Positions 38,439-48,111 of a stretch of DNA of 64,000 nucleotides are shown one piece after another. A program made the position numbers and the translations under genes. The notes below the pieces were generated by a model. That model had not been told where the DNA came from and did no database searches. It saw only the letters and a list, made by a program, of their open reading frames with translations. The first letter of the stretch is position 1. The number at the start of each line of letters is the position of its first letter. Origin of the DNA: Sphingopyxis sp. RIFCSPHIGHO2_12_FULL_65_19 (lineage in GTDB: Bacteria; Pseudomonadota; Alphaproteobacteria; Sphingomonadales; Sphingomonadaceae). The DNA lies in assembly GCF_001830555.1 (NCBI RefSeq), contig NZ_MIAM01000014.1:1332-65331 (forward strand), read 5' to 3'.

Positions 38439-39473
38439 CTAGACGGGGGCTGGCCCGGTCGAACCGCCTTCGACAAGGCTGAGTTCCGCCGCAAGGTCGG
38501 TGCGGTCGCTGCCGCCTTCGACGATGTCGATCAACCGCCGCGTCGCGCGCAAGGCCATGTCGCCGAGCGGCCGCGCGACGGTGGTGAGCGCGGGGGTCAG
38601 CATCCGCGCGATCATGCTGCCATCGAAACCGACCACCGACAGATCGGCCGGCACCGCAATCCCGCGCGCCGCCGCGGCCTTCAGCAACGCGGCCGCCATG
38701 ATGTCGTTCGCAGCGAAGATCGCGGTCGGGCGCGGCGACAGCGCCAGCAGCACCTCGGCCGCGGCAAAGCCCGAATCGAAATCATAATCGCCCTCCGCCT
38801 CGCCGACCATTTCGACGCCCGCCGCCGCCAGCGCGCCGATGAAACCTGCGCGGCGTTCGCTGGCCGATTTGACCGCAAGCGGCCCGTTGATCAGCGCGAC
38901 GCGCCGGTGCCCCAGCCCGACAAGATAGCGCGCGACGGCCGCCGCAGCGCCGCGTTCGTCGGAGACAAGAAGCGCGGTGAAATCCGACGTCCGAACCGAA
39001 GAGAGCGCGACCGCGGGAACCTGGGCGGCGGCCAGCGCCGCGCCCATCCCCTCGACGCCCGAGACGGGCGGCATGACAAGGACACCGTCGACGCGCGAGC
39101 GGTGCACGAAATCGAGCACATCCTCGACCGATCCGTCGTGGCCGGTCGGGGTCGGATGCACGATCAGTTCATAACCGCGCTGCGACGCTTCGGCGACGAT
39201 GCCGCGCTGGATGGTGTCGAGCACCAGTGCGTTGCGGTCGTTGTGAATGACCCCGATCAGATAGGACCGTCCGGTCGCCAACCCGCGCGCGCGCGCGCTG
39301 GGCGAGAAGCCAAGCCGCGCGATCGCTTCCTGTATCCGCGTGCGCGTTTCGGCGTTCACCTTGGGCGAATTGTTGAGCACGCGCGAGACGGTGCGAATGG
39401 AAACGCCCGTTTCCCGCGCAACATCGATGATCGTGGGTTCGGCCCCCGAGCGGCCGCGCGCCTGTTCCAGCAT
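38439..39473 (-). CDS. LacI-family transcriptional regulator
   Basis: TIIDVARETGVSIRTVSRVLN; FAANDIMAA; DLSVVGFD. Confidence 0.93.
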   Translation of the reverse strand: MLEQARGRSGAEPTIIDVARETGVSIRTVSRVLNNSPKVNAETRTRIQEAIARLGFSPSARARGLATGRSYLIGVIHNDRNALVLDTIQRGIVAEASQRGYELIVHPTPTGHDGSVEDVLDFVHRSRVDGVLVMPPVSGVEGMGAALAAAQVPAVALSSVRTSDFTALLVSDERGAAAAVARYLVGLGHRRVALINGPLAVKSASERRAGFIGALAAAGVEMVGEAEGDYDFDSGFAAAEVLLALSPRPTAIFAANDIMAAALLKAAAARGIAVPADLSVVGFDGSMIARMLTPALTTVARPLGDMALRATRRLIDIVEGGSDRTDLAAELSLVEGGSTGPAPV

Positions 39474-39552
39474 GGGAAACTGCTACCCCGGCGCCGCGGC
39501 CTGTCAAGTCCATCCTGCGCCGCCTTTGCCGCCGCCTCGCCCCGCAATTTGA

Positions 39553-39597
39553 ACGTTCGTCGCGCCGTTGGCCCGATTGTCGGCCAGCCGATTGCAT
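39553..39597 (+). promoter_or_regulatory. LytTR-type tandem box (ACGTTCGTC-N11-CCGATTGTC) followed 10 bp later by TTGCAT
   Basis: Boxes at 39553-39561 and 39573-39581; same geometry as the sites at 56838 and 58780. Confidence 0.6.
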
Positions 39598-39726
39598 CGG
39601 GAAGGGTGCCAGCCTTGTTGGGCCCATGAGCCTTGCTTCGACCGTCCACCGTTTCGTATCGCCAGCATTCCTGCTGGCCTATTTCATGGATATTCGCGAA
39701 CGGGCCAAGCAGATCAGCCGCGAACC

Positions 39727-40335
39727 ATGTCACGGGACCTGCGGCTGATGTCGACCTGGCACGGCGCGCTGCCGAATTTCTCCCTGGACATGTCTCGGCC
39801 GCTCGCGCGCCTGTTGGGGGATGTCGGCGATTTCCATGATGCCGCGCGCCGGGTCGAAGGCTGGCCCTACGGACGCAACAGTCGTCCACTCGATTATCGC
39901 CTGGTGCCGGTCGAACAGCGAGGGACGTGCACGACCAAACACGCGTTCCTGACCGCTCTGGGCCGCGAACAGCAATGTCCGCTACAATTGCTGATCTGCT
40001 TCTTTGACATGAGCGGCGAAACCCATCCGGCCGTCGCTGAAACCCTTGCCCAGGCTGGCCTGCCGGCCATTCTCGAAGCGCATTGCGTCATCGGGTTTGA
40101 TGGCAAGACGTTCGACATGACGGGGCTACCTCGCGGTGACCGGGCGCCGGAATATTCACGCTTTGCGGAACTATCGCTCGAGCGGCTGGACCAAAAGCCG
40201 GCGCTGCACCGCGCCGCGCTTGCGGCGTGGGCCGCGAACAGGCGAATCGCGGTGCCGATCGAAGCCTTGTGGTCGATACGCGAGCAATGCATCCGCGACT
40301 TGGCGGGCGACCAGCGACAGGAGTTGTACAGATGA
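39727..40335 (+). CDS. Uncharacterised protein with a possible transglutaminase/papain-like Cys-His-Asp triad
   Basis: YGRNS, GTCTTKHAFL, EAHC, FDMTG; start 39727 or 39748. Confidence 0.55.
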   Translation: MSRDLRLMSTWHGALPNFSLDMSRPLARLLGDVGDFHDAARRVEGWPYGRNSRPLDYRLVPVEQRGTCTTKHAFLTALGREQQCPLQLLICFFDMSGETHPAVAETLAQAGLPAILEAHCVIGFDGKTFDMTGLPRGDRAPEYSRFAELSLERLDQKPALHRAALAAWAANRRIAVPIEALWSIREQCIRDLAGDQRQELYR

Positions 40336-40628
40336 CCGTTTATGTGCTGGCCCAAATGACGATTACCGCTCCGTCCCGGTACAATCGGTATCGCGACGCG
40401 TTTCTGCCCACGCTCAAGCCCTTCAACGGCCGCCTTCTGGTTGCCGACCCCAATCCCCGCATCATCGAAGGCGAATGGAACGCCCATAAAGTGATCCTGA
40501 TCGAATTCGATACCGAGGATCTTTTCCGGGCGTGGGTGCAATCGCCCGAATATCAGCGGATCTCGGTCGATCGCCGCGCGGGTGCGATGGGTCCCGTGCT
40601 GCTCCTTCAGCGCGTCGGAGCCGTCTAG
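40332..40628 (+). CDS. DUF1330-family protein
   Basis: MTVYVLAQMTI...YNRY...GRLLV...EGEW...ILIEF...AWVQSPEYQ; ATGA-coupled to the upstream gene. Confidence 0.8.
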   Translation: MTVYVLAQMTITAPSRYNRYRDAFLPTLKPFNGRLLVADPNPRIIEGEWNAHKVILIEFDTEDLFRAWVQSPEYQRISVDRRAGAMGPVLLLQRVGAV

Positions 40629-40796
40629 CCGGCGGGTATATCCGCCGGTTGTTCGTTTTGGTCGAAATGGCCCGCGTGCGTCGGCGCGGCGCCGATGATC
40701 GTCAAAATATCGGGACTTCATCAGCCCGCCATCATCGCCCTCCTGCCTGCGATCCGATAGCCGCCGCGGCAGTTTCGCACTTCAGACCAGAGGCAA

Positions 40797-42728
40797 ATGA
40801 TGATCAACCTGTCCCCGCGGCCGCTTGGCCGCGCGCTGATGGCGGCTGCCGCCATCGCCGCCTTCCCCGTTCACGCCCAGACCGCGGACGAAGCCGACGA
40901 ACGCGCGGTCGAACGCGCCGCCGACGCCTTCGGCATTCGCATCGGCGTCGAACAGGTCGGGCTTTACAACGAAACCCAGGTGCGGGGGTTCAACCTGCAA
41001 GACGCGGGCAATTATCGGATCGGCGACGCCTATTTCGCCAAATCGGGCGGTCTCGTCGACAGCATCCTGTCCGGGGTCGTCACGCGGGTCGGCTATAATG
41101 CCCTCGACGCCGACTTCGCCGCGCCTTCGGGGGTCGTCGAATATCGGCTGCGTTCGCCCTTCGACGCCTCCGCGGTCCATGCCGAAGCCATGCTCCGCGA
41201 ATATGGCGGTCGATCCTATGACCTTCGGCTGGCCCAGGCCAGCGCCGACGGCCGCATCGCCGGACTCGTCGGCGCGCAGGCGCTGCTCGGCAAAAGCTCG
41301 TCGGGTCTGTCGCCCAAATATTATCGCTTCGGCGCGGTGACCGAATTTCGTCCGGCCGAAGGCACCAGCCTGACCGGCTTTGCATCGCTCAACATCTTCG
41401 ACCTCGAAGGCTTCTATGGCGTCAGCGCAACCGGCACGGTGCTGCCGCCCAAGATGAAACACCCCCGCCGCTATGTGACGAGCTGGAGCGACCACGACGG
41501 GACCGATCTCAACCTTGGCGTCCTCGGATCGACCCGGCTGTCCGATGGCGTCGATATCAAGGGATCGCTCGTCTATTCGCGCCTCGATCTCGACCGGGCC
41601 GACTTCACGCAGCTTATCGTCGATGGGGCGGGCGTCGGCCGCGCCGTCGGCTTTTCAAACCGCCCGCGCGACAACCAGACCTGGTCGGCGTCGCTCGGCG
41701 GCAGCTGGCGTCCGGCCGAGGGGCACCGGCTATATGCCGAACTGCGCGGCCGCCAGACACGCAACCGCTTCGCTCCCGGCGTGTCGGTCGACCTTGGCGC
41801 CTTCGATCTCGACGACGGCATTGCGCCGTCGCCCGAACCCGGCCTGCCGCCGGTGCCGACGACGCTCGACGCGATCGACCAATATAGCGGCGCCGTCGGC
41901 TATGAACTGACGGCGGGGCGGCTTCGGGTGAAAGCCGGCGTGCAGCAGACGTGGCATCGACGCGCAATCACCGCCCCGGCAACCCCGCGCGAATCGAAAA
42001 CGCAAAGCCCGTGGCTCTATGATGCGTCGGTCGCCTTTGCGCTCGCGCGCGACTGGACGGTCTTCGCCAGCGCGACGCGCGGGCTCGAGGAATCGGGGGC
42101 GGCACCGGACAATGCGGCCAACCGCAACGACATCCTGCCACCGGCGATTTCGACCCAGCAGGAACTTGGCATCCGGGGACGCCTGACCGACGGGCTGACG
42201 CTGATCGGCTCCCTTTTCGCGATCAAAAAGGCCGCCCCCGGTTTCGACGCGAACAATGTGTTCGGGCTGTTCGGCAAATTGCGGCACCGCGGCGCCGAAC
42301 TGTCGCTGACCGGCGAAGTGGCCCCGCGGCTGCGCATCGTGTCGGGTGCCGTCTGGCTCGACGCCCGGCGCAGCGGCGATCCGGTCGAAACCGGCGTCTG
42401 GTCCAAAGAAGCGGTGGGTTTGCCCAAATTTCAGGCGATGACCGGCCTCACCTACGCGGTGGCCGCGATCGAGGGGCTGTCGTTCGACGGACAGGTCAAC
42501 CATTCATCGAGCAGGCGCGTCTCTTCGCGGGGCGAATTGCGTACGCCATCGCTGACGACCGTCGACATCGGCCTTCGCCACGGCTTCGATATCGGCAAGG
42601 TCAAGGTGGCGCTGCGCGCACGCGTGACGAACCTGTTCGATGCCGACGGCTGGATCGCCGCACGATCCGAATTGCTCGACCGTCCCGGCCGCCGCGCTTT
42701 CCGCCTGTCGCTGACGATGAATTACTGA
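40797..42728 (+). CDS. Compact TonB-dependent outer-membrane receptor
   Basis: Signal peptide, VRGFNL plug-like motif, amphipathic beta strands, RARVTNLFD, aromatic C-terminus (LTMNY); 643 aa. Confidence 0.8.
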   Translation: MMINLSPRPLGRALMAAAAIAAFPVHAQTADEADERAVERAADAFGIRIGVEQVGLYNETQVRGFNLQDAGNYRIGDAYFAKSGGLVDSILSGVVTRVGYNALDADFAAPSGVVEYRLRSPFDASAVHAEAMLREYGGRSYDLRLAQASADGRIAGLVGAQALLGKSSSGLSPKYYRFGAVTEFRPAEGTSLTGFASLNIFDLEGFYGVSATGTVLPPKMKHPRRYVTSWSDHDGTDLNLGVLGSTRLSDGVDIKGSLVYSRLDLDRADFTQLIVDGAGVGRAVGFSNRPRDNQTWSASLGGSWRPAEGHRLYAELRGRQTRNRFAPGVSVDLGAFDLDDGIAPSPEPGLPPVPTTLDAIDQYSGAVGYELTAGRLRVKAGVQQTWHRRAITAPATPRESKTQSPWLYDASVAFALARDWTVFASATRGLEESGAAPDNAANRNDILPPAISTQQELGIRGRLTDGLTLIGSLFAIKKAAPGFDANNVFGLFGKLRHRGAELSLTGEVAPRLRIVSGAVWLDARRSGDPVETGVWSKEAVGLPKFQAMTGLTYAVAAIEGLSFDGQVNHSSSRRVSSRGELRTPSLTTVDIGLRHGFDIGKVKVALRARVTNLFDADGWIAARSELLDRPGRRAFRLSLTMNY

Positions 42729-42759
42729 CGCGGCGCGGCCGCGCCTTTGGAGATATGGA

Positions 42760-43593
42760 ATGAAAACGATCCTATTTTCGGTGCTGGCGATGGTCGCGGC
42801 CCCGGCCGACGCGCCCGCGACCACGGGCTGCACCCCATTGCCGGGCGCCGAAACATTGCGCGACGTCCAGCGCCCCGACTTCGTCATCATGGGCGAAGCG
42901 CATGGCACCGCCGAACTGCCCGCGGCCTTCGCCGACCTTGTCTGTGCTTATGCGGCGTCGGGCACATCGCTGACCGTCGGGCTGGAATTTCTGCCCGCCG
43001 AACAACCGGCCCTCGACGCCTATCTCGCCTCGAACGGCGATCAGGCGGCAAGGCAGGCGTTGCTGGCCTCCCCCGGCTGGACGATCCGCGACGGCCGCGC
43101 CAGCCAGGCGATCTTCGACCTGGTCGAAGCCTTGCGAAAGATGAAGGCCACGCACGGCGACCTGGCGGTGGTTGCGTTCGACCACCCCAGCGAACGGGCG
43201 GGAACATCGGCTGCCCGCGAAAAAGGCATGGCGGAGCTTCTGCTCGCCGCCCGGCGCGCGCGGCCGGCCGCGCCGGTGCTGGCGCTGACCGGCAACGGCC
43301 ACGCGGGCAAGAGCGAATGGACATCACTCGGCCCGCCCTTCCCCGCCATGTCGCAGCTTCTGCCCGCCGACAAGACGCTCGCCATATCCTTCCATGTCGA
43401 GGGCGGTGCGATCTGGGCGTGCGGCCGCGAGACGCCAGAGGCGGAGGAAACGTGCGGCCCCCGACCGATCCGGGTCCGGGGCGAAAGCCGCCCGCGCGGA
43501 ATTTCGGCAGGCAGCAGCCGTAAGGGTTTCGACGCCACCCTTGCGGTCGGAACGGCTTTTTCGCCGTCGCCCCCGGCGAAGCCCGCACCTTGA
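42760..43593 (+). CDS. Exported EreA/ChaN-superfamily-like protein
   Basis: Signal peptide; VIMGEAHGTAE, VGLE, REKGMA, LTGNGHA. Confidence 0.55.
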   Translation: MKTILFSVLAMVAAPADAPATTGCTPLPGAETLRDVQRPDFVIMGEAHGTAELPAAFADLVCAYAASGTSLTVGLEFLPAEQPALDAYLASNGDQAARQALLASPGWTIRDGRASQAIFDLVEALRKMKATHGDLAVVAFDHPSERAGTSAAREKGMAELLLAARRARPAAPVLALTGNGHAGKSEWTSLGPPFPAMSQLLPADKTLAISFHVEGGAIWACGRETPEAEETCGPRPIRVRGESRPRGISAGSSRKGFDATLAVGTAFSPSPPAKPAP

Positions 43594-43685
43594 ACTGGCT
43601 TGGCTCCGGTCGGCGCACGCCGACCCGAATGGAGGCCGCCAACGACACCTGTTCATCGGCGGCCGGAATCGCTACGCAAGCTGCG

Positions 43686-45818
43686 ATGGACGATTTGTCC
43701 TTCGGCACGGTCCAGGCGGCGATGAACGAGATGTCTTCCATCCCGGCGCGTCCGATCGAACTTGCGATCGAACCGCCGTTCCGGTTGCGAACGCTGGAGG
43801 TTACTCCGGCGGCGCTGGAGATACGCCGCGGGAACGATGTCGTGACGCTCGAACCGCGCGTGATGCAGGTTCTCGTCGCACTCCATCGCGCCGAAGGGCG
43901 CGTGGTCAGCCGCGAAGAACTGCTGGAACTGTGCTGGGAAGGCCGGATCGTCGGCGACGATTCACTGAACCGCAGCGTCAGCCAGCTTCGCAAGGCGCTT
44001 GCCGACGAAGATGGCGTGTCGGTCGATACGATCCCGCGCGTTGGCTATCGCCTGCTCATATCCCAAAATCCCAAAACCTCCGCCACCATAACTGAGGTTC
44101 CACCGGCGCGACCGCGCTTCTCCTTCCGAGCCAAGGTCGCCGCCTCGGTCGCCCTCGCCGCGGTCTGCGCCGTTGCCGGTGCGCTCACGCTTTACGCGGG
44201 CAGTTCCAAAAGCTGGTCGGCCAGCGGCGTGCGTCCGCTGACGCAGGAATCCGGCGTCGAGATGTTCCCCGCGATGGCGCCCGATGGCCTTACCGTTGCC
44301 TACGCCGCCGGTCCGGGGTTCTGGGAAACGCGGGACATTTATTTGCGCAATGTCAGTGTCGGCGACGCCACGCCGGTGCGGATCACCAATACGCCATACG
44401 CCGACGAATCGGCGCCGGTCTGGAGTCCAAACGGCGACCGCCTGGCCTTTCTTCGCGACATGCGGGATGGCGAATGCAGTATCGTGCTGGTGACACCGCC
44501 GAACGGGGCGGAACGGATCGTCAGCAAGTGCCTCGATCCCTACGCCGGGCTTGCGTGGCTCAATGCCAATGAACTGATTGTGGGTTTTCGCCCCGCCGGC
44601 ACCAGAGCGCGGCACCTCGTCGCGATCGACGCAACGAGCGGCCGCTCGCGGCCGCTGACCAATCCGCCCGCCGACATGCTCGGCGATTCCGCGCCGGTCG
44701 TATCGCAAAGCGGCCGCTGGGTCGCCTTTCGCCGAACCGCCGCAATCGGCAGCGATTCGATCCAGATGCTGGATACGACGACAGGCCGCGAACAGACATT
44801 GACCGATGACGGGTGGAAAGCAGCCGGCTTTGCCTGGGCGAACGACGATCGCACGCTGTTTTTCAGCAGCAACCGCGGCGGCGATTTCGGTCTGTGGGCG
44901 ATCGACACCGCGCGCCGGTCGGAACCGCAGCGGGTTACGCTCGGCATGCTCCCGCTCGGCCGCCTATCGACCGATCGCGAAAGCCGGAAAATCGCGGTCG
45001 AAACGGGACGCATCCAGGCCAATCTCGCGCGTGTGGGTCGCGATGGCGGATCGGCGTTGCCAATCACCATGGGCGAGGGAACCGACCGCGACCCCGATGT
45101 CCGCGGCGACGGAACGATTCTTTTCGCATCGGATCGCAATGGCACGAACCAGATCTGGACGCGGCAGACGGATGGCAGGATCGTGCGCCTGACCGATATG
45201 AAGGCAAGCTATGTCTACGCGCCGCGCTGGTCGGGCGATGGCGAGCGAGCGCTCTTTCTGGGCGTCGTCGACGGCCGCACCGACGTTTTTTCGATCCGGT
45301 CCGATGGCTCTGCGTTGACCCGGCTCACCAGCGACGGCGCACCGAAGGGGCGCGCTATATGGGCCCCTGGTCAACGCCGGATATTCTTCACCGCGGTCAA
45401 CGGATCGGGGTGGCAGCTGATGTCGCTCGATCTCGCTTCGGGACGCAGCGCGCCCGTGCCCGACAGCCGGGGCATCGCCATTGTCGAGCGCGCCGGCACG
45501 CGGCTGTTCGCTCGGCGGTCCAGCGCCAGCCCCATCGTCGAGCTTGATCCGGCCTCGGGCGCTGTCCGTGCACTCCCCGTCGACATTGCGGTAAGTGAAC
45601 TCGAAGGATGGGCGCCGCGCGGCGACGGCATCGTCCATATTCGCGGCAGCGGCACCTCGGCCGAACTGTGGATCACCGGCTGGAACGGGGTTAGCCGCCG
45701 TTTGGCCCCGCTGCGTCAGGCGCCGCGTTTTCCTCTCGCGATCGCGCCCGACGGCAGCGTCGTCACACCGCAGTTGATAGCAGACAACCGCGATTTGATG
45801 CTCATCGAACTCCGCTAG
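43686..45818 (+). CDS. CadC/ToxR-like winged-helix regulator with a TM helix and periplasmic TolB/PD40 beta-propeller
   Basis: LEPRVMQVLVAL...VSREELLELCW...SLNRSVSQLRKAL...TIPRVGYRL; TM VAASVALAAVCAVAGALTLY; repeated P.WSPNG/PRWSGDG blades. Start uncertain (43686 or 43722). Confidence 0.85.
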   Translation: MDDLSFGTVQAAMNEMSSIPARPIELAIEPPFRLRTLEVTPAALEIRRGNDVVTLEPRVMQVLVALHRAEGRVVSREELLELCWEGRIVGDDSLNRSVSQLRKALADEDGVSVDTIPRVGYRLLISQNPKTSATITEVPPARPRFSFRAKVAASVALAAVCAVAGALTLYAGSSKSWSASGVRPLTQESGVEMFPAMAPDGLTVAYAAGPGFWETRDIYLRNVSVGDATPVRITNTPYADESAPVWSPNGDRLAFLRDMRDGECSIVLVTPPNGAERIVSKCLDPYAGLAWLNANELIVGFRPAGTRARHLVAIDATSGRSRPLTNPPADMLGDSAPVVSQSGRWVAFRRTAAIGSDSIQMLDTTTGREQTLTDDGWKAAGFAWANDDRTLFFSSNRGGDFGLWAIDTARRSEPQRVTLGMLPLGRLSTDRESRKIAVETGRIQANLARVGRDGGSALPITMGEGTDRDPDVRGDGTILFASDRNGTNQIWTRQTDGRIVRLTDMKASYVYAPRWSGDGERALFLGVVDGRTDVFSIRSDGSALTRLTSDGAPKGRAIWAPGQRRIFFTAVNGSGWQLMSLDLASGRSAPVPDSRGIAIVERAGTRLFARRSSASPIVELDPASGAVRALPVDIAVSELEGWAPRGDGIVHIRGSGTSAELWITGWNGVSRRLAPLRQAPRFPLAIAPDGSVVTPQLIADNRDLMLIELR

Positions 45819-45821
45819 CTA

Positions 45822-46532
45822 TCATCGGCTGCGAACCTCGATCCGCAGTTGATAAATGCCCGGCCCCGTCCGCTCGAAACGCCCGACAACCGACGCTTGC
45901 CAGTCATAGTCGCGCTGCGGGGTCAGTGCGGCACTCACCAGCATCGGCTGCCCGCGATGCGTCGCGGTGACGCGATAGGCCACCGGGCGCAATCCGGTCA
46001 CGACCCAGCCCTCGCCGGTGCTGCGCAGCCGCTTTTCGATCGGCGCGCCGCCGCCGACCGGATGCAGCGTCACCGTCACCTCGTCCAGCGGCGTATAATC
46101 GCCGATGGCCGATTGGACGACCAGCATCCCGCCGACGCCATAAGCATCGTCGGCGGTCTGCTCGACAAAACGCAGCCGGAAATTCCGCACCGCACCGGCA
46201 TTGCCGGCAAAGGGTGCGCGATTGTCGGGGACGAGGTCGACCGTCATGCGCGATCCGTCGATGGTCTGCGTCGCCTTTGCGTGCGCGGTCCAGACGCCCG
46301 GCGGCTGGCGGACGTCGATCCGGTAACGTCCCTGCCGGTCGGTCCGCGCCGACCGGCTGATGCTGCCCCCGCCGGGGTTCGATTGGTAACGCACGGTCAC
46401 TTCGGCACCGGCAATCGGTCGCCCCTGCTCGTCGGCGGCCTGTCCCTGGACGACGCCCTTGACGGGTGCCTGCGCCTGCACGGCGACGGAAACGCCCGCC
46501 AACAGGGCGGCGGCGAACAAAGAACGGGACAT
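45822..46532 (-). CDS. Secreted protein with carboxypeptidase-regulatory-like (transthyretin-fold) domains
   Basis: Signal peptide; VQGQAADEQGRPIAGAEVTV...TDRQGRY. Confidence 0.65.
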   Translation of the reverse strand: MSRSLFAAALLAGVSVAVQAQAPVKGVVQGQAADEQGRPIAGAEVTVRYQSNPGGGSISRSARTDRQGRYRIDVRQPPGVWTAHAKATQTIDGSRMTVDLVPDNRAPFAGNAGAVRNFRLRFVEQTADDAYGVGGMLVVQSAIGDYTPLDEVTVTLHPVGGGAPIEKRLRSTGEGWVVTGLRPVAYRVTATHRGQPMLVSAALTPQRDYDWQASVVGRFERTGPGIYQLRIEVRSR

Positions 46533-46550
46533 CATCGAATCCTCGGCGGT

Positions 46551-47633
46551 TCAGCGGATGGCATAGCGGTTGAAAATCGCGTCGAGCCGCTGCTCGTGCC
46601 GTTCCGACAGTTCGACGCGGCGGCGCGTGAAGTCGGCGACGCGATCCGGCATATAGGCGTCGAGCGTCGCGTCGAAGGCCTTCAACTCGTCGGCGAACCC
46701 CGCATATTCGTCCTTATACGCCTGCTTATACCCCTCGCGCATGTCGAGGAACGTCCAGTCGGTCCGGTGAACATGCGGGTTCCAGCTGTTGCGCACCTGT
46801 TTCAGCGCGCGTTCGGCATCGCGCAGCCGGATCTGCGCCGCGCGCGTTTCCGCATCGCCCAGCGGCGCGATGAAATCATCGACCAGCGGCGCCGGCTGAA
46901 ACCCCGGCGAGCCCAGCGGCGCGATATAATCGTCGGCTTTGGCCGCCTCGCGGGCGTGATAACGCTGCCACGCGCGTTCGAGCGCGCGCCGCGCCTCGAC
47001 CACGCGGCGCACCGCATCCTCCAGCCGGGCGTGCATCACATCGTCGGGCGCATTCACGACGACGATCTGTTCAAATTCGCGTGTCAGCGTGTCGATCTCC
47101 GCAACGGCGGCCTCGATCTCGGACAGTGCGGTCGGGGCGCTCCGACGCGACACGGCAAAGGCGCGCATCGCGCCCGCATAGTGCCGCGCAGCATCGCGAT
47201 AATCGCCGACTGCCTGCAACTGCTCGCCTTCGTCCTCCGACGCGCGTTCGATCCGCCGCCGCAGCCGCTCCTCATCGTCGAGGTGCAGGTCGGCGAGGAT
47301 CGCGGCGGGGTCGACCCCGCTGGCCTCACCCTCGACCTCGACCTCGACCTCGACGGGCGCCGCCGCGCCGCCGCCCGCGCCGTGGCGTGCCATCAACGCA
47401 TTCATCCGCCGCACCACCGCCAGGCATTGCTCGGGGTCGCTTTCGACCAGCGCCGATGCTTCGTCATAGAGCGCCTGCAAGGCGTCCGGCACCTGATACG
47501 GCACGTCGCCGGGCAGCTGTGACACCGCTTCCGCCGCCGACTGGAGCGGGCCGTCGCACGCGCGCGCCATCGCGCTCGCCGGCACCAGCGCCAACGAAAC
47601 GGCGGCGGCAAGGCCGTACCGGCTTGTCAACAT
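46551..47633 (-). CDS. Secreted helical hypothetical protein
   Basis: Signal peptide MLTSRYGLAAAVSLALVPASAMA; two Cys; (VE)4 tract; DD[YF]IAPLG twice. Confidence 0.6.
   Translation of the reverse strand: MLTSRYGLAAAVSLALVPASAMARACDGPLQSAAEAVSQLPGDVPYQVPDALQALYDEASALVESDPEQCLAVVRRMNALMARHGAGGGAAAPVEVEVEVEGEASGVDPAAILADLHLDDEERLRRRIERASEDEGEQLQAVGDYRDAARHYAGAMRAFAVSRRSAPTALSEIEAAVAEIDTLTREFEQIVVVNAPDDVMHARLEDAVRRVVEARRALERAWQRYHAREAAKADDYIAPLGSPGFQPAPLVDDFIAPLGDAETRAAQIRLRDAERALKQVRNSWNPHVHRTDWTFLDMREGYKQAYKDEYAGFADELKAFDATLDAYMPDRVADFTRRRVELSERHEQRLDAIFNRYAIR
47331..47354. repeat. In-frame microsatellite (CTCGAC)4
   Basis: Four exact hexamer copies encoding alternating V/E. Confidence 0.8.
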
Positions 47634-47652
47634 CGCCACGTCCCGCGCTCCG

Positions 47653-48111
47653 TCAGGCCGCCTCGGCGGGGCATGTCGGCGACGCGAACGCACCCACCTG
47701 CCGCGTGCGAATGACGTGCGTCTCGCCGTTCAGCTTCATCTCCATCACGCCCTCGACGTCAAAGGATTCCCGCTCGAACGTCCCGTCGATATTCAGCCGG
47801 CTGCCCGACGGATGCCGCGCGGCCACTTCGATCGTGCCGCCCGACATGCGGTTGGTGTCGATCGTCCAGCCGTCCTCGACCGTCCCCGGCACCGCGAAGC
47901 GCCCGGCCGCGACATCCGCCGCCTCGATGCACCGCGCGTCCTGATGATCGACGTCGCCGGTCTGGACGACGCGGTAAAAGCCCGCGCGCAGCGGTTCGCT
48001 GCTGGCGCTCGGCGTCGCGCGTCCCTTCGCATCGTCATTCTCGGCCGAGCTGCACCCGGCCAGAAACAGGACCCCGCCAACGATCGACAGGGCTTTGGAT
48101 CGGCTCAGCAT
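47653..48111 (-). CDS. Hypothetical lipoprotein
   Basis: Lipobox LFLAGC; two further Cys (ARCIE, PTCPA); start overlaps the upstream stop. Confidence 0.7.
   Translation of the reverse strand: MLSRSKALSIVGGVLFLAGCSSAENDDAKGRATPSASSEPLRAGFYRVVQTGDVDHQDARCIEAADVAAGRFAVPGTVEDGWTIDTNRMSGGTIEVAARHPSGSRLNIDGTFERESFDVEGVMEMKLNGETHVIRTRQVGAFASPTCPAEAA

Noticed and set aside
40655-40722. LytTR-like 9-mers upstream of the compact TonB receptor
   Set aside because: Near-matches are spaced 19, 21 or 22 bp, not 20, and are more degenerate. The single box at 43649-43657 has no partner.
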